Assembly: GCA_043819795.1 (NCBI GenBank)
Contig: JBDREN010000072.1
Span: 1-16,787, forward strand
DNA length: 16,787 nucleotides
Source: Elusimicrobiota bacterium
GTDB taxonomy: Bacteria > Elusimicrobiota > Elusimicrobia > UBA1565
Reading direction: 5' to 3'
A model generated the notes under the pieces. The model ran no database searches. It was given only the letters and a program-made list of their open reading frames with translations, and was not told the origin of the DNA. Position 1 is the stretch's first letter. Each line of letters begins with the position of its first letter. The position numbers were made by a program, and so were the translations under genes. Below, in pieces: positions 1 to 9,100 of the stretch.

Positions 1-35
1 CACGTCCAACGAGTGAATCGGCGCGGGAACATCCT

Positions 36-49
36 GGGCCCATGGGCCC
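36..49. promoter_or_regulatory. Perfect 14-bp palindrome GGGCCCATGGGCCC abutting the -35 box of gene 1; candidate regulator-binding site
   Basis: Read directly and self-complementary. TCCTGGGCCCATGGGCCC (32-49) recurs as TCCTGGGTCCATGGGCCC (3091-3108) upstream of gene 2. Function is inferred. Confidence 0.55.
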
Positions 50-78
50 TTGCCCGAATAGGAGGTGTCTGTTACACT
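50..78 (+). promoter_or_regulatory. Putative sigma70-type promoter: TTGCCC (50-55) - 17 bp - TACACT (73-78), with extended -10 TG
   Basis: Canonical 17-bp spacing and TGn directly before the -10. The same architecture recurs at 12628-12656. Confidence 0.6.
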
Positions 79-87
79 AAGCTCACT

Positions 88-2958
88 ATGATCACGCCGA
101 CCCCTCTGCGTGGCGGACTCCGGTCCGTCGTATCCGTATTCCTGACATCCATCCTCGCCTTCGCGCTCGTTTCCAGCCAGGCTCACGGCGGACAGCGAGG
201 AAGCGCTTCCGAGGAGCTCCGTGGCCGGGAGGTCCAAGAAACCTACGAGGACAACAGCCCCCTCGCGCGCGTCGCGGAGAGCCTCGACCTCGACGATCAA
301 GGGCAGTGCGACCGCGTGGCCGAGCGGCTCATGGAGTTCGCCTGGCCGGAAAGCGGCCGCAAGAAGTCGTTCGTCTCCGAGGAGGCGCGCAAGCACCCGG
401 ATGTGCGAGCAGTGGATTTCCTGCAGGCGGTCAAGGGCTGGGTCGAGAGCAATCAGGCGCAGGCCAAGGTGATCTACTACGTCCTGGGCCCGGGAGACAT
501 CGCTCCGGGCCGGTACTTGGTGCGCGAAGAGGACCGCCAGGATGAAAGGCTACGGGATTTCGAGGCGAAGCTGGCCGACTGCCTGGACCCGTGGGCGGGC
601 GGCTCGTCGGAGACCCGGCCCGAGGACTGCTTCAAGGCGAAGCAGCCGAGCGAGCAGCAACCCCGGCCGCTGGAATCGAATAAGGAGGATTCGTGGGTCA
701 AGGCCTTCTTCACGGACGCCTTCGCCGAGGCGAACGCTCTCCTTTTCCCCCTGGACCTGGACAAGGAGGTCGCCGAGGATATCGGCCGGAATGATCGGCC
801 GGACATCGTCCTCGGCGGCACCTCGCCTGCGGACGTCCCCGGGGACGGCGGCGCCGCCCCCAGCGAGGTATTCGGCGCGGGGGAGCTCTTCGCGGAGTTG
901 AACCGCGACCGGAACGCCTTTCAGCTCGGCGGGCGCAACTTCGCCCTCGTGATCCGGACCGTCCCGACCTTCGAGGGGGAGGACGGCGAGCGCCGCCTGG
1001 TCATGAAGGACCAGGTGGGCCTCTACGATATCTCGAAGAAGACCGACATCTACGGCCGGCGTTTCGATCTGAACAACTTCGATGAGCAGAAGTTCTCTCT
1101 GAAGGCGGGGGGGTTCACCTACACGCTCAAGCTGGTCCCGGGAGAGAACGATACGCGCATCGAGTTCTCCCGCGAGGGGGAGAAGATCATATTCGGGGTG
1201 GACGGCCAGGACCGGCTCCCCAGCGTGAACGAGCTCTACCAGATCCGGGCCAAGAAGGCGCTCGAGAGCGGCAACGAGGTCGAGATGGGGGGCAAGCGCT
1301 ACAAGGTCACCGGCGAGGCGTCCACCACGGGCAAGCTCCTCTTCTGGGACAAGGAGAAGCTCGAGAAGGCCAGCCGGGCGATCAAGGGCGGAGGCCCCGG
1401 CCTGGATGCGCGCGACTGGCGCCCGGAGATGGCGGCCGAGGTCAACGAGATGAGGGACGCCAGGCCCGTGAACCTCGAAGGGCCGAGGTACATGGGCAAG
1501 GTAGGGGACGATTGGTACGCTCTCAAGTGGAACGCGGCCGATGGCGTGTTCGAGCCCGTGAACATGGGAAAGAAGGAGCCCGCCGCCACCGAGATCAAGT
1601 CGGCGGCGACCACCGAAGACGGCTCCGGAGGGCGGGCGGGCGACGACAAGGGCTCTTCCGAGAAGAAGGGCGGGGCGGACGGGAATCCGGTCGACGCGGA
1701 CGGCTTCCCGAGACTGTCCGATTACACCCCGGATCATAAGGACGCGGCGGCGCTCAACGAGCAGCTCTCTCCCGAGCTCAAGAATAAGATCCGCTTCTAC
1801 GGGAACGCCAAATTCGAGGAGGGAGGCGCGCGGGGCAAGGAGAGGATCCTGGCGGTCGTCGAGTCCGAGGGCAAGAAGGCGCTGGAGAACCAGGTGTTCC
1901 CCTTCCACCTCGGGAGGGGCGTCGAGAAGGTCTGGATAGCCCAGAAACGCTACCTCGTGACGCAGGGGGAGGAGGGCTACCGCTACTACGATCTGAGCAC
2001 GTTCGGGGCCCGCCTGAACTCCCTGGCCCAATCCTCCACGGCGGCCGGCTATTGCGACGCGAGCAATGGACAGGCCGCGATAGGCGTCGGCTTCAGTAAA
2101 GAGCAGGGCGGCGGGCGCAAGTCCGACGAGGACGTCCTCAAGCTGGCGCTGGCGGACGCGGGCTACGCGGATTCGGTCACCACGATCATCAAAAGCCTCA
2201 GGGATGCGGCCAAGAGCCACGACGGCGACAACAACTGGATCGTCGAGGGTTGGGCGGCTTCCGGCGCGAAGACGCGCCCGCCGGCGGGGAAGCCGTGGCT
2301 GGTGGCCAGATTCGGCGCGGACGTCATCGGCCTTTATCCCAAGGACTTCGCGGGCAGGAACGACGTCGAATGGAAGGGCGCCTCGGCGGCGCCGAAGGCC
2401 AAAGGAAAGGACGGCAGCTACTCGGGAGTGACCGAGCCGGAGCGCCGGCAAGAGAAGCTCCAGGCCTTCCATGGGTTCGGCGAGACCCATCCGATCGACG
2501 AGGAGAGGACCGGAGTAAAGGAGACCGAGATCACCGGCGAACACGCGGCCCTCTACAAGTACGAGAAGGACGGCAAGACCTCCTGGTATCTGGCCCTCAG
2601 GGTCTGGGCCCAGGACCTCGCCAAGGCGCGGCTGCACGAGCCCTTCCTGGCCTTCCAAGACCCGTACGACCTGAAGTACCCCTTGCCGAAGAAGGACCCC
2701 CGCGGGATCCGAGGGCTCGATCTGAATGGGAAATTCCCCGATAATCTCCAGTTCCACTGGAAGCCCTGGAAGGGGGAGAACCTCAAGGACGCGGGCTACA
2801 TCGCCGCCTACTCCGCTCCCAAAGGCAAGGACGAGAACTGCGTCGGCGTGGTGGCCTGGTGGGGCGTCGAGAAGGACGACGTCTGCAAGGCCTGCGGCGC
2901 GGACTGGATACCCGCCAAATGGTGGGGCTGGACGGGAGCAGGCAAGTGCAGCTGGTAA
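88..2958 (+). CDS. Large secreted hypothetical protein (~956 aa) with N-terminal signal peptide and Cys/Trp-rich C-terminus
   Basis: Long ORF with strong GC3 bias. From ATG 88 it reads MITPTPLRGGLRSVVSVFLTSILAFALVSSQAHG (basic residues, hydrophobic core, A-H-G cleavage-like site). The track's GTG at 13 lies upstream of the predicted promoter. No family recognised. Confidence 0.85.
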   Translation: MITPTPLRGGLRSVVSVFLTSILAFALVSSQAHGGQRGSASEELRGREVQETYEDNSPLARVAESLDLDDQGQCDRVAERLMEFAWPESGRKKSFVSEEARKHPDVRAVDFLQAVKGWVESNQAQAKVIYYVLGPGDIAPGRYLVREEDRQDERLRDFEAKLADCLDPWAGGSSETRPEDCFKAKQPSEQQPRPLESNKEDSWVKAFFTDAFAEANALLFPLDLDKEVAEDIGRNDRPDIVLGGTSPADVPGDGGAAPSEVFGAGELFAELNRDRNAFQLGGRNFALVIRTVPTFEGEDGERRLVMKDQVGLYDISKKTDIYGRRFDLNNFDEQKFSLKAGGFTYTLKLVPGENDTRIEFSREGEKIIFGVDGQDRLPSVNELYQIRAKKALESGNEVEMGGKRYKVTGEASTTGKLLFWDKEKLEKASRAIKGGGPGLDARDWRPEMAAEVNEMRDARPVNLEGPRYMGKVGDDWYALKWNAADGVFEPVNMGKKEPAATEIKSAATTEDGSGGRAGDDKGSSEKKGGADGNPVDADGFPRLSDYTPDHKDAAALNEQLSPELKNKIRFYGNAKFEEGGARGKERILAVVESEGKKALENQVFPFHLGRGVEKVWIAQKRYLVTQGEEGYRYYDLSTFGARLNSLAQSSTAAGYCDASNGQAAIGVGFSKEQGGGRKSDEDVLKLALADAGYADSVTTIIKSLRDAAKSHDGDNNWIVEGWAASGAKTRPPAGKPWLVARFGADVIGLYPKDFAGRNDVEWKGASAAPKAKGKDGSYSGVTEPERRQEKLQAFHGFGETHPIDEERTGVKETEITGEHAALYKYEKDGKTSWYLALRVWAQDLAKARLHEPFLAFQDPYDLKYPLPKKDPRGIRGLDLNGKFPDNLQFHWKPWKGENLKDAGYIAAYSAPKGKDENCVGVVAWWGVEKDDVCKACGADWIPAKWWGWTGAGKCSW

Positions 2959-2982
2959 GCCGGCCGCGCCTCCTTCCCTAAG

Positions 2983-3011
2983 GGCTCGCTACGAAATAAG
3001 CGGCCGTTTTT
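2983..3011 (+). terminator. Possible intrinsic terminator after gene 1
   Basis: GGC-T-CGCT / AGCG-GCC stem with an 8-nt loop followed by GTTTTT. An alternative pairing is CGGCCGC 2961-2967 with GCGGCCG 3000-3006, directly before T5. Confidence 0.4.
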
Positions 3012-3092
3012 GGACGTCGATGCATCCCGTCTGGCTGCTAGTATAGAGATCCGTCCCCGTACCCGGCGCGACATTCCCTCATCGCTCGGTTC

Positions 3093-3147
3093 CTGGGTCC
3101 ATGGGCCCAGATCCCTTGGGCCAACGAGGCCCGCGGATTCTGGGCCC
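3093..3147. promoter_or_regulatory. GGGCCC-box cluster upstream of gene 2, including near-perfect 18-bp palindrome CTGGGTCCATGGGCCCAG (3093-3110)
   Basis: Exact GGGCCC at 3103 and 3142; near matches at 3095, 3118 and 3127. Confidence 0.5.
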
Positions 3148-3198
3148 TTTCCCACTGGCCAAGATAGGCCTTTTCGGGTAACCTTAGTCTAGGGAGAC

Positions 3199-6100
3199 AT
3201 GGTCAAGAAGCTCATAGCCTGCCTGCTCTCGGTGTGCCTCGTGGCGGCGTGTCCGGGCCTGCCGTTTTTGGGCTCGACGCTGGCGCGCGTGCACGCGCAG
3301 GAGCCCGCGAAGGCGGGCGCGCAGGTCGCCGCGGCGGTGGACCCGAAGGCGGCCATGGACCTCTTCGACGGGCACGGAGTGTTCACCGGCCCGGACGACC
3401 CGATGCGCAGCTACGTCTTCGACGGCGAGTCGGGCCGCCTGTCGGTGATCGGGGAGATCCTCTACAAGTACTACAAGGCCGACCCGGACCGGGCCCAGGA
3501 TTTCAAGCAGAACTTCCGGCAGCTGCGCGAGGCCGGGCCCATGACCTACAAGCAGAAAGAGGCCGCGGTGGGCGCCATGATGGCCGTGGACGCGGAGTTC
3601 AACGACCTCTTCAAGCTCTACGACAGGAAGGTCAAGGGCGAGCAGAACGCGTTTCAGATGGGGGCGATGCTGAGCGCGGCCTTCGACGGCGCCGCTCGCG
3701 CCGCGCAGCCCTTGGCCGACCTCAAGCAGGTGGACACCCAGGACGGCTTCGTGTTCGTGGACGGCGACGGCGAGGTCGCGATCCGCATGACCAAGAACAT
3801 GGCCTGCCGCCACATCGACTGGGCCGAGAGCGCCGAGCCGGTCGAGATGTCCTTCGAGGAGTTCCGGGATTTCGAAGCCAAGCGCAAGTCCGCCGGAGAT
3901 TCGAAGAGCTGGACCTGCGGCGAGGTCGGCGGGGTGACGGTCTTCAACCGCGAGCTCCAGAACAACCAAAAGAAGATGAACCGGGCCCCGGGCCTGCCCG
4001 CCTGCGCGCCCAGCATCCCGGAGAACGGCCGCTACAACTACGAGATGCTCGCCTACACCTACTGCCTGGTGGAGACCGACGTCAGGCGCGCGGAGCAGGC
4101 CTACCGGATCGACCTCATGGTCCGCCTCTCGCAGCTCCTCGGGCAGTTCTACCAGGACGACCAGTACCTCAAGGACGACGAGAACGGCAACCCCGTGCTC
4201 AAGAAGCTCCTGAAGCTGGCCGCGGAGAAGAAGCTCGACAAGTACGACAGCGTGTGCGACAAGACGGTCGAGACCGTCCTCGAGCTGGCCGAATGCAAGC
4301 TGGCCAAGCGCAAGGAATACATCGACAAGGCGGCGGAGCTGCTCAAGGGCTTTCAGCGGCGGGTCGAGGGCTACAAGGACCGGCAGGTCATCACCGAGGG
4401 TGATGTCGGCGAGCTTCAGGGAGACGAGCAGCACATCAAGAAGTACCTGATGCTGGGCTACCTGCAGACCCAGATCAACCAGACCATGGGCAGCCTCGAG
4501 GGGATCAGCTTCGAGGTCATCGAGCGCCACGGGGACCTGGTCGTCCGGGCCGTGGAGGACTCGCCCGACTCCGAAAGGCTGCGCAAGGCCATCGAGGAGG
4601 GCGCCTACAGCGAGCACGTCAAGAAAGACTACATGAGGCGCGCCGGGATGCTCGCCGAGCGCCTGCGCCGGCTGCTCCTGGTCTACCGGCGGCTCGAGGA
4701 CAACCTGCTCGCCGCGGACCACACCTCGCCTCTCGGACGGCTCCAGGCGGCCCTCTTCTCCACCCAGAAGGACCTCGGCGAGGTCGGCCTCGACGTGCGC
4801 ATCTTCTCCACCATCCCGCCCGTCGTCAACCTCGGCAGCAAGGAGCACGAGGGCAAGGTGCGCGGCGGGTATCGCAACATCGCCTGGTTCTTCAACAAGG
4901 TGAGCGGCGGCAGTTGGGCGTCCGGCTACCTGGAGAACCGCGACGTGCTCGAGCGCAGCCTGCCGGTGCTCAAGGGAGCGGCGGCCAGCATCGCGGACGG
5001 GGACTTCGACGCCGCGCGGGAGCAGATACTCACGCTCGCCCCGGACGCGCTGAGGACCCATTGGCAGATCGGTTCGGGGGCGGGCCCGGGCGACGATCCC
5101 AACCGCATGCAGAAGGTCGACGTCGTGCTCCGCCAGACCAACGCGGCCATGGGCCAGCTCATGAAGGCCCATTTGGTCGCCGACATCGCCAAGGACCTGG
5201 CGATCTCGTTCGTCGTCGGGGCGGTCGCGGCTCCCTTCATAGGCGCGGCGGCGCACGGCATCGCGACGGCCTGCTTCAAGTTCGCGACGGCCGCCGCCAA
5301 GCTCGGCAGGGCCGGGAGGGCTATGGCGACCATGGCGCGCGTGGTCGGCGGCATCTTCGAGCATACGGCTCACCGCATGCATACCCTCGGCCCGGCGGCG
5401 GACAAGGTCCGCGGACAGACCTGGCTGCAGCAGCAGGCCTTCAAGGCCCTGGTACGCGGGGTTAACACCGGAGCCCGCGTCGGGTCCTTCTCGCTCGGCC
5501 TCTCCGGCGGGCTCTCGGGCACGCTGAGCGGGCTCTCGGTCGTGAAGGCCAAGATCACCGGCGACAAGACCGTCCCCCACGCCAGCGTCGCCGCCGCTGT
5601 CAAGCAGGGCTACCTCCAGGGCGCGAGCTGGGGGGCCAAGCACGGGTGGATCCTTTTCGTGGGCAACGCCGCGAGCGCTTACGAAGGGACCGTCGTCTAT
5701 CCCGCCGCCCAGTCTTTGGCCAACCGGGGAGTCATCGGCAACGCCGTGGGCATGGGGCAGTGGGCGCTGGGCAAGGTGGGCATCAAGACCGGGGCGAACC
5801 TCATGGACCGCGGTCTGCAGTGGGTGACCACCCGCGGCGGGCTCGTGGGCGGGGTCGGGACGGCCGCGGCCATGGCCGACCACATAATGAAGTACATGGC
5901 GGTGGGCCACGGCGCGGGCTGGGTGGCCCAGAACCTCAGCTTCCGCTTCAACACCCTCGACCGGGACAACCTCGAGCGCAAGTACAAGCGGGCCGAGTCC
6001 GAGAAGCGCGAGAACATGGAGCGCAAGTGGTGGCTGCTCATGCCGCAGTTCTCGGCGAAGTCCCAGGGCCAGGTGGAGGCCATGCAGCGCGCCCGCGAGG

Positions 6101-9100
6101 GCTTGAAGCAGTACGAGAAGTCCGGCGAGCTTCACCGCATCGCCAACGGCGCGGCCGACATCACCGAGCTCCCGCTCAAGGCTCCGGTCAAGAAGCCCTT
6201 CATGCAGAAGTTCTTCGACCTGGGCTGGCTGCGCGAGTCGGGCGAGCACGGGACCTTCAAGTTCGGCAAGGAGATGAAGTACGAGGCCATCCGCAAGGAG
6301 CTCGCGCGCACCGCCGACGCCGAGCGCGCCTCGATGATGAGGCACCTGGGGCGGGGCCGCGGGCCCGGTCCGGCGGCCAAGGGGGCGGCGCCTCCTTCCC
6401 GGTTCAGCCTGAGCAACCTGTTCAAGTTCAGGACGTTCCGCAATCCGAAGGTGGCCGGCGGGAAGCAGGCGCCCGCGCGGGCGGGAGAGGCGGGCAAGGC
6501 GAACCAGGTATACGAGGGGAACGCCTTCAAGGCGAAGCGGTACTTCGAGGTCAGCCGCAAGCAGAAGGGCATGTCCGGGCGCCTGCACATGTCCGACGAG
6601 GTCCGGGACCAGGCCCAAGGGCTCTTCGAGTCTACGGTCCTCAAGAGCGGCAAGCTGGCCCAGCGCATCCTGGGCGCCAAGCCGGGCACGACCGTCAAGG
6701 GCTTCGGGCGCGTGAGCATCGGGTCCCAGGAGGAGGTGGCCCGCATCCTCATCAAGGCCCACGCCAGCGGAACGCGCGTCTCGAGCGCCCGCCTGGCCGC
6801 GAGCCAGAAGATCCTCAAGCCGTACATCGAGTCCGAGAAGATCGTGGCCGACAGCGCCAAGGACCTCCTCAAGTCCTTGAAGGCGAACAAGACCCCGTCG
6901 AAGGTGTTCCAGGAGACCGTCGACGGCTTCCTGAAGAAGACCACGACGTGGAAGAACGACCCCGGCGTCCAGAAGCAGAAGACCTACAAGAACCTCGTCC
7001 AGGAGTTCCGCAAGGACGCGGCCGGGCAGAAGGGCATGAGCGCCCAGGAGAACGCCGTCCTGACCAGCATGCTGGACTACCTGGAGGCGATCGACAAGCG
7101 CTTCAACTACTTCAACCGCGCGGGCACGGCCTCCTCGAGGGCGGACCGGGCCTTGAGCGCGATCCGGGCCGAGTACCGCGGCGGCGGCGCGCCGAACAAG
7201 ACCGTCATCCAGATGCTCGACAAGATGATGAAGCAGGTCCACAATTGGCGGGCGGCCCAGAGCAGCCTCGATGCCCCGGTCGGGAAGTCCTACCGCGACA
7301 TGGTCGGCACGCTCAGAAAGCAGGTGGAGGGCCACGAGGCGAGCCTGACGAGCTCCGATTTCGAGGTCCTGCAGACGGCCGTCAAGGAGCTCGAGGCCGC
7401 GCCGTGGCTGCTGCGCGACTCGAAGGGAACGAACCTGCCCGGCTGGCGGCCCGCGCAGTTCGAGGGCCTCATGCACTTCCTGCGCTCGATCTCGGCCGAC
7501 GGGGCCGAGGCCTCGGACGTCATCCGCACCTTCCTGCTCATGAAGACCGGGACCGGCAAGACCCTGCTTTCCTACGAGGGGCTGCTGCCGATCGCCCAGG
7601 CGGACTCGAAGGCGCGCAAGCTCAAGACCATATTCCTCACCGTGCAGTCGAACCTCGAGTCCCAGGCGCGCATCGAGTTCCGGGCGATGAAGAAGCTCAC
7701 CGACCTCAAGATCGACACCTGGGAGGGCTTCAAGTCCAAGATCGCGCAGAGCAAGCTGGAGTGGAAGGGAGGCGCGGAGGATTACTGGATATTGGGAGAC
7801 GAGATGGACGGCGCGGCCCTGCAGCCCGCGCTCACCATCGGCGAGCAGACGGCCTCTATCTCCAAGGATAACGCGGGCTACCGGCTGCTCAAGCGCATCG
7901 GCAACCGCATGAATGAGATCCTCAACCGCGGGCCCGCCGAGGTGGGCAAGCGCCTCGACGTCCAGATCCGCCGCCAGCAGGCGGCTCTGGACTCGCTGGA
8001 TAGCCGGGGCGCCCACGTGAGCAAGCTCCGGGAGAGCCCCCAGGGCCTCATCAAGCTCTCGAAGAACCTCACCCAGCTCAAGCAGCGCTCCTTCAAGCCC
8101 TCGAGCGGGAAGATGGACGCTTTGCGCCGCGCCGAGGGCATGATCCGGAACCTTTCCACGGGCAAGGCCGCCCCCAGCAACGCCGCGACCGTCAAGAAGC
8201 TCAAGAGCCTGGTCGGCGAGCTCAAGAAGGCCGACGGGGCCGGGGCCCAGCAGGCCGTGAGCCGCGTGGACGCCCAGCTGCGCGAGGCTTGGACGCGCGG
8301 CCACGCCCAGTCCATCAAGCGCGTGACCGGCCGCATCCGCACTATCGTGGACGCGCAGATGAAGACGCTCGACGCCAGCGGCTCCCTGTTCAGCAAGGCC
8401 GACAAGGCCGTGCTCAAGCAGTTCCGGGAGGCGGGCGGCAAGATCAAGCAGACGGCCAGGCAGCACAATGCCGTGGGCAAAGGGGACCTGGACCTGAGCG
8501 TGCAGCAGATCCGCGACATGATGCGCGAGCAGAGCTCGATCTTGAACCAGACGGCTCCGGCCAATCGCGGCGCCGCGCGCAGCCTCAAGCGCATGGCGCG
8601 CACGGCCCGCCGGTCCGGGAACGTGATCGAGGCCAAGAAGCTGGAGGCCCAGGCCCGCCAGGTCCTGAGCGGGAGCAAGCAGGCCCGCGCCGGCCTCGAC
8701 GCCAACTCCCGGGACATCCTCAAGACCCTCAAGGAGGGCAAGCCGGGCTGGCAGGGCAGGGTCCGCGAGCTCGCGCAACAGCGCGAGGGTCTCGTCGAGC
8801 GGGCCGTGGTCAAGAAGAACCCGATCTACGAGATCTTCCGCAACATGCGCCAGGACATGTATTCGCTGGTCCGTTCGCAGACGCGCGTCACCGACACCCG
8901 CGAGGTGCTCGACGCCGCGCCGGCCAAGGCCGGGGAGACGCTCAAGCAGGCGGGCCGGGGGCTCACCAAGGACCTCGTGTCCCTCGTCCGGCGCTATCGC
9001 GAGATCGTGAAGTCCGGCAAGGGCGGGCCCCAGGCGCGCAAGATGCTCCAGCGCGCCGAGAGCCTCCTGAAGGAGGGCCGGACCCAGCGCAAGGCCTGGC

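Noticed and set aside
13..87. N-terminal extension of gene 1 from GTG 13 as given in the ORF track
   Set aside because: It overlaps the palindrome and the predicted promoter and would bury the signal peptide; ATG 88 is preferred.
550..2757. 735-aa minus-strand ORF
   Set aside because: Codon-register antisense shadow of gene 1 caused by high GC3 bias; no recognisable protein features.
3036..3044. TGCTAGTAT extended -10-like sequence, and the 60-aa ORF 3010-3192
   Set aside because: No matching -35 or SD, and the ORF merely spans the motif-rich promoter region. A distal promoter cannot be excluded but is unsupported.
3199..3255. Lipobox-like VAAC (Cys18) in gene 2
   Set aside because: Ambiguous. 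The related signal peptides of genes 3 and 5 have Ala at the position before PG and point to cleavage at xxA|Q, so no lipoprotein call is made.
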